A stretch of 63,972 nt of DNA, filler included, from an uncultured Methanosarcinales archaeon (GTDB lineage Archaea; Nanobdellota; Nanobdellia; Woesearchaeales; GW2011-AR9), in the NCBI GenBank assembly GCA_964434885.1. It is 7 parts of 5 records of this genome, joined end to end, with 100 filler letters (N's around TTAATTAATTAA, not from the genome) between each part and the next. Parts side by side here need not be neighbours in the genome. Positions count along the whole stretch, not along the records: positions 11,427 to 25,559 come from CAYSWQ010000001.1; positions 25,660 to 42,338 come from CAYSWQ010000002.1; 5 more parts are not named here. One strand, given 5' to 3'. The notes under the pieces are model-generated. The model was given only the letters and a program-made list of their open reading frames with translations, did no database searches and was not told the origin of the DNA. Below are positions 21,461 to 29,980 of the stretch, piece after piece. Both the position numbers and the translations under genes were made by a program. Numbering within the stretch: position 1 is the stretch's first letter; each line of letters starts with the position of its first letter.

Positions 21461-22251
21461 ACCAATATCATCTAAGTGCAAAACAAAGGCTTCCAAAAGT
21501 GCTTAATAAAAAACAATTACTTTCTACCTTAAGACATGTTAAATCTCCAACCGTTCTAATGGGGATGTTCCTAAGTATTTTTTTAGGTCTTAGAGTCGGA
21601 GAGATTTCTTATGATGATCGAAGGAAAATCATTCCACTTAAATGGGAAAATATTGACTTAGAAATTGGAGAAGTACTTATCCTTGATGCCAAAAATCCAA
21701 AACGGTATAAAAGTGGGTATGGAAAGGACAGAATAGTTCCTATCTTTGACGAGTTTATTCACATTTTTAAGATGTGGAAAAAAATCAACCCAGATTCAGA
21801 ATATGTTTTACCACATCAGAGCAGAAAAGGACAGCCCCTTAATGTGGCCACCTTACAAAGACATTTACAGGAAGCTTTAGAAAAAGCCAATTTAATGCAA
21901 GTTGAATATTACCAAACAGACGGAAAACCCCGTTACATGTACCATTATCATACTTTAAGACATGTTTCAGCAATAAATCTATTAAGAAAAGGAATGACTG
22001 TTGAACAAGTTAAAGAATTTCTTGGTCATGAAAATATTGAGTCAACTATGGTCTATCTTAAATTAGTAAAAGAGGATCTTAAAGAAGCAGTCACTCACGC
22101 TTTTGCTTACCCCAAGAAAAGAAAATATTTCTTAGATTTAGAAAAACCTAATTTTAATTTAGAGACAGGGTTGGAAGCTTTACGTCTAGAAAATGAAAAT
22201 TTGAAGATGAAAATGCAGCTACAACAACCAGTAATGGTGGTGCAACAATGA
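21457..22251 (+). CDS. Tyrosine recombinase/integrase (catalytic domain only, C-terminal coiled coil)
   Basis: GLRVGE (R), AKN (K), HTLRH, LGH, TMVYL (Y): catalytic residues intact. Confidence 0.93.
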   Translation: MNQYHLSAKQRLPKVLNKKQLLSTLRHVKSPTVLMGMFLSIFLGLRVGEISYDDRRKIIPLKWENIDLEIGEVLILDAKNPKRYKSGYGKDRIVPIFDEFIHIFKMWKKINPDSEYVLPHQSRKGQPLNVATLQRHLQEALEKANLMQVEYYQTDGKPRYMYHYHTLRHVSAINLLRKGMTVEQVKEFLGHENIESTMVYLKLVKEDLKEAVTHAFAYPKKRKYFLDLEKPNFNLETGLEALRLENENLKMKMQLQQPVMVVQQ

Positions 22252-22628
22252 TTTCTGGTAAGAATTATGAACGTGAATTTGTTCGGTTAATGACAAAATG
22301 TGGATTAGATTGTCATCGTATTGCTGGTTCAGGTGTTGGGTCTGAAGCTGTTTGTGATTGTATTCTCTTCTATAAGAATAAAACTTATCTCGTTGAAGTT
22401 AAAGCTACTAAAGAAAAGAAATTATATGTCCGCAGTAGAGTAAGAAAACAGTTAGAAGAGATGTTTAAAGTATGTGAAAGGAACAAAGTTATTCCTCTAT
22501 TTGCGATTAAGTTTAAACATCGTGGATGGAATCTCAAAGTAATTCGAGACTATTCTCATGTAGAATTTGATAAGGAGGTGATTTTAAATGAAAAGAACTA
22601 TTGCCGAAAGAATTTACCGATTAATTGA
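22248..22628 (+). CDS. hjc: Archaeal Holliday junction resolvase, Hjc family
   Basis: GKNYERE...RIAGSG...D...LVEVK PD-(D/E)XK motif. Confidence 0.88.
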   Translation: MISGKNYEREFVRLMTKCGLDCHRIAGSGVGSEAVCDCILFYKNKTYLVEVKATKEKKLYVRSRVRKQLEEMFKVCERNKVIPLFAIKFKHRGWNLKVIRDYSHVEFDKEVILNEKNYCRKNLPIN

Positions 22629-23043
22629 AGATGAAGGTCCAAAAACAATCAAGGCGCTGAGAAGGAGATTACCAGATATTAACCCGAAGTCAATTAATAT
22701 GGCTGTTTCTCATAAGAAACATTTATTCCTTGGTTTAAGTAAGGGTAGAGTTGGATTAGTTGAAGTTCATAATTACATCTTAAGGAGGGAGAAAAAAAAG
22801 GAGAACATAAACTTAGCCATATATCAACGTATTGTGAACTTATTGGTTTGTGGACCAATGCGCATTGAAAGAATAACTGAAGAAATGCCAGATATTAACT
22901 CCAATAGCATTGAAGTTGAGATAAGTAATCATCCAGAACTGTTCTTACGAATTAAACCTGGACTGATTGGTAGAAGAGGAAGAGACGAATATTTAAAAGA
23001 GAAATATGCTAGAAAGTCATTCTCCAATTCCTCTTCTTCTTAA
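22588..23043 (+). CDS. Tandem winged-helix protein (two internal repeats)
   Basis: IAERIYRLI..GP.TI..L...PDINPKSI..LF and IYQRIVNLL..GPMRI..I..PDINSNSI..LF. Confidence 0.7.
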   Translation: MKRTIAERIYRLIEDEGPKTIKALRRRLPDINPKSINMAVSHKKHLFLGLSKGRVGLVEVHNYILRREKKKENINLAIYQRIVNLLVCGPMRIERITEEMPDINSNSIEVEISNHPELFLRIKPGLIGRRGRDEYLKEKYARKSFSNSSSS

Positions 23044-23178
23044 TTCTTTAAGTACTGCCATTCGGATGAAAGAAGAATGAGTGATATTGTTACCGCAAGC
23101 TTGACCTATTTTCTTCCATTGTTCTGGAGAAAAACAAACACTTCTTGACTGCATCCGATTCCTAACTCTCTGTAACAT
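23017..23178 (-). CDS. Small ribbon-helix-helix (CopG-like) protein, 53 aa, absent from the ORF track
   Basis: Manual translation MLQRVRNRMQSRSVCFSPEQWKKIGQACGNNITHSSFIRMAVLKELRRRGIGE*; GGTGA SD; overlaps the upstream RHH gene stop. Confidence 0.7.
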   Translation of the reverse strand: MLQRVRNRMQSRSVCFSPEQWKKIGQACGNNITHSSFIRMAVLKELRRRGIGE

Positions 23179-23362
23179 CTTCACCACACAAATTTTTATG
23201 AATTTGATCTATTTTTTCGATGAAAGATAATTCCATGAAAATCATAAAACGGACATAATCACTTTTATTTGAAAATCCTAACCTCTCAATCTTTTCATTC
23301 AAACTTTTTTCTTGTTCTGAAGTTAGAAGCAAAATGAATTGTTTTGTATATTTTTTCTTCAT
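23162..23362 (-). CDS. Ribbon-helix-helix DNA-binding protein
   Basis: FILLLT-SEQEKSLNEKIERLG-FSNKSDYVRFMI strand-helix-helix pattern. Confidence 0.75.
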   Translation of the reverse strand: MKKKYTKQFILLLTSEQEKSLNEKIERLGFSNKSDYVRFMIFMELSFIEKIDQIHKNLCGEDVTES

Positions 23363-23384
23363 GTAATTATTAGTAGATTAAATA

Positions 23385-23657
23385 TTATATATTTGTAACC
23401 CTGGGGAATTTTCTTGTCCTTTTAACAAAATCAGTGATTTTCCTTTGATTTAGATCTGATCTCTTAGTAAATGCAGGATTACCATCAAGAAAAACTCTAG
23501 CTATTAAACGATGACTGTCATTTATAATAACATCACAATGTAAGACTGTCCCTTTGTTTAGCCCATGTGGTTTACAGAGAAGTTTACTTAAAGAAATGAA
23601 AGGAGTGCCTTTGTTAATTTGTATTTTGCTTTGCCAGTCTATTATTTGTTTAGACAT
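23385..23657 (-). CDS. AbrB/MazE-like swapped-hairpin DNA-binding protein
   Basis: SKIQINKGTPFISLSKLLCKPHGLNKGTVL; alternative GTG start at 23684. Confidence 0.55.
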   Translation of the reverse strand: MSKQIIDWQSKIQINKGTPFISLSKLLCKPHGLNKGTVLHCDVIINDSHRLIARVFLDGNPAFTKRSDLNQRKITDFVKRTRKFPRVTNI

Positions 23658-23772
23658 ATGGTAACCTCTTTCTGTGATCACCACCTCTTTTATTTCATAA
23701 GCCTTTTATACTATTAAAGCGTTTTGGTTTATTATTTTTACAATATAAAGATTTGATAGATGTTCTTTTACA

Positions 23773-24756
23773 ATGTTAAACGATAAGACTAACCTCAAGA
23801 TTCTGTCCGAGCTGGACAAGAATTCAAGAATATCTTACACAGATCTAGGAAGAAATATAAAATTAACTAAACAGGCTATTAAACATCGTTTGGATAAATT
23901 AATCCAAGCAAGAGTGATTTCACATTTTCTTACAATTGTCAATATCGGTAAAATTGGATATACATCTCATAAAATATTCTTTTCATTTCACAATCTCTCA
24001 AATGAAAAACGAAAGGAGATTATCAAGTATCTTAGGAACAACAAGTTCGTTGGTGCTTTTGCTTTATGTGATGGACCTTATGATTTGTATTTAGGTATTA
24101 TAACTAAAACTTGTCATGATCTTAATAGGGAACTTTCAAAGTTTTACAATCTTTTCTCAGAACAAATAAAATCAAAGAAAGTTGCCACTATAGTTAAGGC
24201 TGAATTTTATAACCGTGATTATTTAACAAATAAAGAAAGAAAAATCGGTGAGAAGAAAAAATGGTTCTGTTCAAAAGTTGAAAAAGCTAAAGATCTTAAA
24301 CCAGTGGATAAAAAAATCTTAACATACTTAGTTAGGTCTCCAAGAACTTCCTTTGCTACAATTGCACGAAGATTGGAAACTTCAACACAAAATGTGAGTA
24401 ACAGAATTAAATTTCTAGAAGAGAACCAAATTATTGAAGGACATACAATAGCACTTAATGAGAAAAAATTTGATTTTATTCATCATAAAATATTATTGGA
24501 GTTCAGTTCAACTCCAGAAGCGGTTGAAATACAATTGAGAGGATTTTTTGAATCGCAACCCAACATTACTTATTTTGTAAAAACGTTTGGAGAATGGGAT
24601 TATGAATTTAATATAGAAACAAAAAGCTTTGATGAATATAGAAAGATAATTGAAGATTTTAAGAAATTATTTTCTCCTTATCTTAAGAATTTCACTCCTT
24701 TATTAATTAATCATGTTCCCAAATTCAAATATATTCCAAATTTTAAGAATCAATAG
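23773..24756 (+). CDS. Tandem (duplicated) Lrp/AsnC transcriptional regulator
   Basis: Two HTH+RAM units: LDKNSRISYTDLG...GPYDL and LVRSPRTSFATIA...GEWDYE. Confidence 0.9.
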   Translation: MLNDKTNLKILSELDKNSRISYTDLGRNIKLTKQAIKHRLDKLIQARVISHFLTIVNIGKIGYTSHKIFFSFHNLSNEKRKEIIKYLRNNKFVGAFALCDGPYDLYLGIITKTCHDLNRELSKFYNLFSEQIKSKKVATIVKAEFYNRDYLTNKERKIGEKKKWFCSKVEKAKDLKPVDKKILTYLVRSPRTSFATIARRLETSTQNVSNRIKFLEENQIIEGHTIALNEKKFDFIHHKILLEFSSTPEAVEIQLRGFFESQPNITYFVKTFGEWDYEFNIETKSFDEYRKIIEDFKKLFSPYLKNFTPLLINHVPKFKYIPNFKNQ

Positions 24757-25006
24757 TAAGTCCAACTAACAATTTCTCTTTGTTTAATAGATCGTTGATC
24801 AAATCTTTAAGGACGGTAGGAATCTTAGGATCTTCTAAATTTACTGACATATTAGCTTCAAATGAAGGTACAGATTGTTCTACGATGTAAACTACTTCTA
24901 GTTTGTACTCATCTTTCAACTGAGAATCAACTGTTTCCTGTAACTTGTTTACTATTTCTTTCCCTTGGGGTGTTTCTCCTTTAAGATATAATTTTATTGT
25001 CTGCAT
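24743..25006 (-). CDS. kaiB: KaiB-like protein (87 aa, divergent)
   Basis: IKLYLKGETPQG...LQETVDSQLKDEYKLEVVYI...LINDLLNKEKLLVGL aligns by eye with cyanobacterial KaiB LKLYVAGNTPNS...LKNILE..F.GVYALKVIDV...IIGDLSDREKVLIGL. Start M31 of the track ORF lies about 25 nt from a TATA-like box. Confidence 0.78.
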   Translation of the reverse strand: MQTIKLYLKGETPQGKEIVNKLQETVDSQLKDEYKLEVVYIVEQSVPSFEANMSVNLEDPKIPTVLKDLINDLLNKEKLLVGLTIDS

Positions 25007-25107
25007 TTTTAAGTATTTAAATAGTGAATTTATATAAGTGTTACGGTAATAATTTAGTTTTGAAAATAGTTGAAAGGTTTTTAAATTAAGGTGCATTTTC
25101 TTTAATA

Positions 25108-25302
25108 ATGGGACAAAATGATATTTATCAATTCTTAAAGAAGAATAAAAATAAGTGGTTTAGTTCTAGAGATATCTGTGAATCATTAAAAGTGGGTTCA
25201 AGTTCCGTATCTACTTGTTTGAAAAGGTTAAGAACCCATAAATTTGTTTTCTTCAAACAAGATCCAAAAAGGAAGAATATCTTTTTGTATAAAGTCAGAT
25301 GA
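25108..25302 (+). CDS. Small winged-helix protein
   Basis: IYQFLKK..WFSSRDICESLKVGSSSVSTCLKRL. Confidence 0.8.
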   Translation: MGQNDIYQFLKKNKNKWFSSRDICESLKVGSSSVSTCLKRLRTHKFVFFKQDPKRKNIFLYKVR

Positions 25303-25559
25303 TTGATACAACTTTGATTAATAAACTTGAAGAGTTATGTAAACAGGAAAGAAAAATTAAAGGATTTAAAAATTTGTTAAGAGTTAGAGGTAAGATTAAA
25401 AATAAATCTTTAACTAAAAAAGGAAACATTAAATTGAAAGTTAAGAGGGGCGAGGATATTTTTAGATTAGTAGTTTTACAAAGTCATAAAGAAAGGTTTA
25501 AGTTAGCTGAAAAGTTAGTTGAGGGCAACAATGTTTCTGTTATTGGAATTAAGAAATTA
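25299..25559 (+). CDS. OB-fold protein (3'-truncated)
   Basis: VRGKIKNKSLTKKGNIKLKV...LVEGNNVSVIG. Confidence 0.6.
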
Positions 25560-25659
25560 NNNNNNNNNNNNNNNNNNNNNNNNNNNNNNNNNNNNNNNNN
25601 NNNTTAATTAATTAANNNNNNNNNNNNNNNNNNNNNNNNNNNNNNNNNNNNNNNNNNNN
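25560..25659. other. Artificial contig spacer
   Basis: N44-TTAATTAATTAA-N44. Confidence 0.99.
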
Positions 25660-26196
25660 CTTCTTCAAGTCATCTAAACTTGGGCCCCAGTAACCTTTTA
25701 AACAGTTTACTTCCAAATCCGCCAAATATTCTTCAAAGTTCTCAGCTTCAGCAGGATTTATTTTTGACATCAAACAATGATAGGCTTTAGGCCAGTTTTT
25801 CATCCTAGATTCAATTACGTGATGTATTCTTTCGGGACAATTAACCGCATAATCCACCATATCCAAGAAAGATTCATTACTCCACAATTTATTTGTTATT
25901 CCTTCTAAATGAGGTCCATGATGATCTCCATCTGTACACAAAACAATAGGTACTCCCATCTCATTTGCCTTAGCCACCATTCTATAAGCTTGATTTTCTG
26001 GCTTATCTCCTTCTCTTCCTGGAAAGAAAACATCCGAAATAATTCCATCAACAGACATACATTCATAAGCCTGCTTCAATGTCCCAACATAAGTCACATC
26101 CAAATCCACTACTTTTTGTCTTTCTCCTAACATATGTTGAACATCTTGCATATGATGTTCATTATCTTCAATCACTAGTATTCTTAGTTTTTCCAT
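25660..26196 (-). CDS. Response-regulator receiver (CheY-like) domain protein, 3'-truncated
   Basis: RILVIED...DGIISDVFFP...VPIVLCT. Confidence 0.75.
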
Positions 26197-26301
26197 TTTT
26201 CATCTCCACTATTTTTTAAGCCCAATAGTATTGGCTTTAGTTTATTATAAACAAGTAGTAACACAATATTTATATAAACATTTATCCTACTATATTGGAG
26301 G

Positions 26302-27018
26302 ATGAACACAAAAATACTAGAAGACATCGGATTAACTCCAGGAGAAATAAAAGTTTACCTCACATTATTAGAACTAGGCCCTCATTCTGCTGGTAAAATT
26401 ATAGAAAAAGCAAACATTCAAAATTCTGTCTTCCACTTTAATATCAACAGGTTAATCGAAAAAGGATTGGTTTCTTATATCAAAAAAGGAAAAGCTAAGA
26501 TTTATCAAGCTGCAGATCCAGAAAACTTCAAAACCTACCTACGAGACAAAGAAAAACAAATAGAAAAAATTCTTCCAGAATTAAAAGCCAAACAAAAACT
26601 AGCAAAAGAAAAACAAGAAGTAGAATTATTTACTGGAAAAAAAGGGATTCTCACTTTATTAAATCAATTAATAGAAAATACTAAACCCAAAGATGAATTT
26701 TTATTTTTTCCCCCAGATTTCAACCAAAATAAAAACAAAGAAATTCAAGAATTCTATCTAAAATATGATATTAAACGTCAAGACAAAAAACTCATCACTA
26801 AAGGTATCTCCAACATAAAATTAAAAAAATTATTCAAAGGTAGAAAATATCTAAAAATGAAGTACTCCAATTTACCAGTCCCCATTCACAGTGCTATTTG
26901 TAATAACAAAATGGCCATCATCAATTGGGGAGACCAACCAACAGGAGTTCTAATCTACTCTAAAAATATAGTCAAAAAACAAAAAGAATTCTTTCACGCT
27001 TTATGGAATTCATTATAA
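26302..27018 (+). CDS. TrmB-family transcriptional regulator
   Basis: LEDIGLTPGEIKVYLTLLELG...LIEKGLVSY. Confidence 0.9.
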   Translation: MNTKILEDIGLTPGEIKVYLTLLELGPHSAGKIIEKANIQNSVFHFNINRLIEKGLVSYIKKGKAKIYQAADPENFKTYLRDKEKQIEKILPELKAKQKLAKEKQEVELFTGKKGILTLLNQLIENTKPKDEFLFFPPDFNQNKNKEIQEFYLKYDIKRQDKKLITKGISNIKLKKLFKGRKYLKMKYSNLPVPIHSAICNNKMAIINWGDQPTGVLIYSKNIVKKQKEFFHALWNSL

Positions 27019-27609
27019 TTACCTTCTCCCACCACGCATTCTAGCTACTAACATCTTCAACTTTTCATTCTCACGAATCAACCTTAATTTTTCTGCATCT
27101 TCTGCTGTTACTTTCCGAGCAAAATTAGCTAGTTGAAAATCAGCAGTTTTTATTTCTTTAGCAATCTGATTAAATTTATCAACTTCCTGACCAATAGCTT
27201 CTAATTTTTGATTCAAGAGAAGCAGTTTGTTACGAACTAATAATTCTTGTTCTTCATATTGCTTCCGAGTTGTAAATAAAACATCCATTTTAGATTTCAA
27301 TTCCAGATTCATTTCTTCTAATAATTTCTGACTAGCTCGATCATGTAAAATCTTAAAAGAAGTAATCCTCTTCTGCATTTGATCATTATTCTCTGTAATT
27401 CGACTAACTTGATTAGAAAATTCTTGACCATAATTCAAATTATTTTTTTCCAATTCGTTTAATTTTTCTGAAACTCTATTCAACAATTGATAAGTTCCAC
27501 CAATATCTTCTTGGTGATGTTCTTGTCTTTTTTCCAAACTAGCAAGCCTAGCTTTCACTTCTCTAAACTCATCTCCCAAAACATTCCACTCTTTTTTACC
27601 GATTAACAT
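27019..27609 (-). CDS. Coiled-coil hypothetical protein
   Basis: Heptad-rich 196-aa ORF. Confidence 0.7.
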   Translation of the reverse strand: MLIGKKEWNVLGDEFREVKARLASLEKRQEHHQEDIGGTYQLLNRVSEKLNELEKNNLNYGQEFSNQVSRITENNDQMQKRITSFKILHDRASQKLLEEMNLELKSKMDVLFTTRKQYEEQELLVRNKLLLLNQKLEAIGQEVDKFNQIAKEIKTADFQLANFARKVTAEDAEKLRLIRENEKLKMLVARMRGGRR

Positions 27610-27719
27610 ATTTACAAATATTAATAATTCTTATTTAAGTATTTGTATTTTCAAAACCACAACAGCTTTTGCTATTCTAAAATAATAAAACTTATAAACA
27701 AATAAATTACCAAAAAGAC

Positions 27720-29063
27720 ATGACTAAAAAAAAACCTCTTGCAATTCTCGACCAAATCGAAGAACAAGCTCAGCAAGGCGCCACTCTAGATGAAATCCTA
27801 CAAACTAATCGTTTAACAAAAAATAGATTGAGTACATTATATCATTTTCACCCTTCCCCGGATTTTACCTATAAAGGCCTAAAACACCATACACATACTA
27901 ATCTAGTGAAAAAAATATTACAAGAAGAAAATAAGAGAACCACTTTCTACCAAATCTGGCAAGAAACTGATTTGACTGTTCCAGGATTAGGAAAAATTGG
28001 GCAAGAAGAAGCAGAATTTGATGGAGAAAATATTCCATTAATCGAACTCCTATATGACGATTTCGTTTTACAAGGTCTTTCATTAGGTGAAATGATACCA
28101 GACTATTTTAAAACCAGACAAAGAGCCGACCAATATCTAATAAAAACTGGACAAAAAGAAAAATGGAAGGAAAAAAGAAAAGAAAAAGAATCAAAAAAAG
28201 CAGAAACTGAAGGAAAAAAAGTAAGTTCTCAACAACAATTCCTAACTTTATTACAAGAAAGAACCTTAACTTTAGCCAAAGATGATTGGCCTCTTACTCA
28301 AGCGCTCAATGCTCATTTTTCTAAAAAAAGAAAAGCACAATGCTTACCTTTAAGCAAACTAGTCGAACTCTTTCAATTATATTCTCAAGAACCTTATCAT
28401 CCTCGAGCCTTTGGTCAAAAATTGGGATTGCATGCCAGTAGCGTCACCAGACAAATTCGATTAGCAGGTCTAAATGCAAATATTCCCTTTCGTAAACCTA
28501 GAATCTGTATCAGCGACAAAGAAAAGAAAAGACTAGCCCATCTCCACAAAAGCATTCTTTCTTATTCTGATTTGGCTTATTTTACGAACTTACCTTACCA
28601 TGTCATTACTCAAAACCAACTTAAAAGTCAAACTAAACCTAAACCCATTTGTTGGTTCAGAGGATTCACTTATCGAAAAGCTAGTGAAATTTATGAAGCC
28701 CAATCTGTTTTATCCCCAGCAGAAATACAAGAAGCTCTTGACCTCAAACCAACAATCTACCAAAATTACCTCGAGTATGAAAGCATTACAAGAAAAACAA
28801 TCATTTCCGAACTTCACAAGATTTATCCGGAAATTGCTTCCGAAATCGACCAACCTTGGGTTACTAAACCAATAAAAACCCTCCAAGAATCAGAAACCCA
28901 ACAAACCACAACTATTCATAACATTCAAGAAGCAATCTCCGCTGGAGCTACCAATATACACGAAATCGAAGAATTTACTGGCCATTCTCATCTTACCATC
29001 AAAAAACATGCAAAAATTGGTAACTTCCAAATTCCTTTCAGAAAACCAGGACCAAAATCATAA
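27720..29063 (+). CDS. Multi-HTH hypothetical protein
   Basis: Several short HTH-like segments: GATLDEI..L, GLSLGEM..TRQRA, FGQKLGLHASSV, LSYSDLAYFTNL, LSPAEIQEALDL, ATNIHEIEEFTGHS. Confidence 0.65.
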   Translation: MTKKKPLAILDQIEEQAQQGATLDEILQTNRLTKNRLSTLYHFHPSPDFTYKGLKHHTHTNLVKKILQEENKRTTFYQIWQETDLTVPGLGKIGQEEAEFDGENIPLIELLYDDFVLQGLSLGEMIPDYFKTRQRADQYLIKTGQKEKWKEKRKEKESKKAETEGKKVSSQQQFLTLLQERTLTLAKDDWPLTQALNAHFSKKRKAQCLPLSKLVELFQLYSQEPYHPRAFGQKLGLHASSVTRQIRLAGLNANIPFRKPRICISDKEKKRLAHLHKSILSYSDLAYFTNLPYHVITQNQLKSQTKPKPICWFRGFTYRKASEIYEAQSVLSPAEIQEALDLKPTIYQNYLEYESITRKTIISELHKIYPEIASEIDQPWVTKPIKTLQESETQQTTTIHNIQEAISAGATNIHEIEEFTGHSHLTIKKHAKIGNFQIPFRKPGPKS

Positions 29064-29096
29064 TCTTTATAAAAAAACTAAAAAACAACTAATAAA

Positions 29097-29861
29097 ATGG
29101 CATGGCACGACTTTTTAACTCCTGTAATGGAACCAATCTTATCACTAGGTCCTTTTTGGGCTGTTTTAATAATTTCTTTTCTTATCTCTTTACTAATAAC
29201 TTTAGTTTACAAATGGGTTACTGATCAAAAATTAATGAAAAGTTTGAAAGACGAACAAAAAGAATATCAACAAAAAATCAAATCCTTGAAAGATAATCCT
29301 AAAGAAATGATGGCTGTTCAAAAAGAAGCCATGAAAAAAAATATGGAGTATATGAAACACTCTTTCAAACCAACTTTAATCACTATGCTACCAATTATTT
29401 TAATCTTTGGTTGGATGTCTGCCCATTTAGCTTTTGAACCAATTTATCCTGGAGAAACTTACTCAGTAACTCTTAAATTTGATAAAGGGACTACTGGTTC
29501 AGCTGAATTAATCTTAGATAAAAAATCCGAACTATTATCTCAAGCTAAACAAACCATTTCCAATCAAGAAATCACTTGGAAAGTAAAATCAAAAACAGAA
29601 GGCAACCATATCTTACAATTTAAATACAACAATCAATCTTACACTAAAAAAGTATTAATTACTAAAAAATTAGCTTATGAAGAACCAACTTCACTTATTC
29701 AAAATGCTGATTTAAAACAAATCCAAATTAATCAAAATAAATTAAGGCCTTTGGGACCTAGTATCAGTCTTTTTGGCTGGCAACCAGGTTGGTTAGGATT
29801 ATACATCATCTTCTCTTTAATCTTTAGTATGGGTTTAAGAAAAGCTTTGAAAATATATTAG
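29097..29861 (+). CDS. EMC3/TMCO1/DUF106 (Oxa1-superfamily) membrane insertase-like protein
   Basis: TM, coiled coil (TDQKLMK...MKHSFKPTLITMLPIILIF), C-terminal GWLGLYIIFSLIFSMGLRK; canonical location before rpl34e. Confidence 0.9.
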   Translation: MAWHDFLTPVMEPILSLGPFWAVLIISFLISLLITLVYKWVTDQKLMKSLKDEQKEYQQKIKSLKDNPKEMMAVQKEAMKKNMEYMKHSFKPTLITMLPIILIFGWMSAHLAFEPIYPGETYSVTLKFDKGTTGSAELILDKKSELLSQAKQTISNQEITWKVKSKTEGNHILQFKYNNQSYTKKVLITKKLAYEEPTSLIQNADLKQIQINQNKLRPLGPSISLFGWQPGWLGLYIIFSLIFSMGLRKALKIY

Positions 29862-29980
29862 ATTATACACAAAAGATTTATAAATGGCCAAAAAAAATAG
29901 AAATTAATGTCCCAAAGGGATAAATCTTTGAGGTAACTCAGATAAGTTCTGAGTAATATTTCAATAAAAAATAAACAAAA

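Larger units (their letters stand above)
20900..25559. mobile_element. Putative integrative element, left part; boundaries approximate; cut by contig end
   Basis: Tyrosine recombinase plus Hjc and a cluster of RHH/AbrB/HTH regulators. The strong G/T skew of the upstream genes visibly relaxes here. No att direct repeat identified. Confidence 0.55.

Noticed and set aside
21457..22251. Housekeeping XerA
   Set aside because: It lacks the N-terminal core-binding domain and sits in an accessory operon. Not excluded without phylogeny, so no symbol was given.
24743..26196. KaiB next to a receiver-domain gene as a clock output module
   Set aside because: They are separated by the spacer at 25560-25659 and lie on different contigs.
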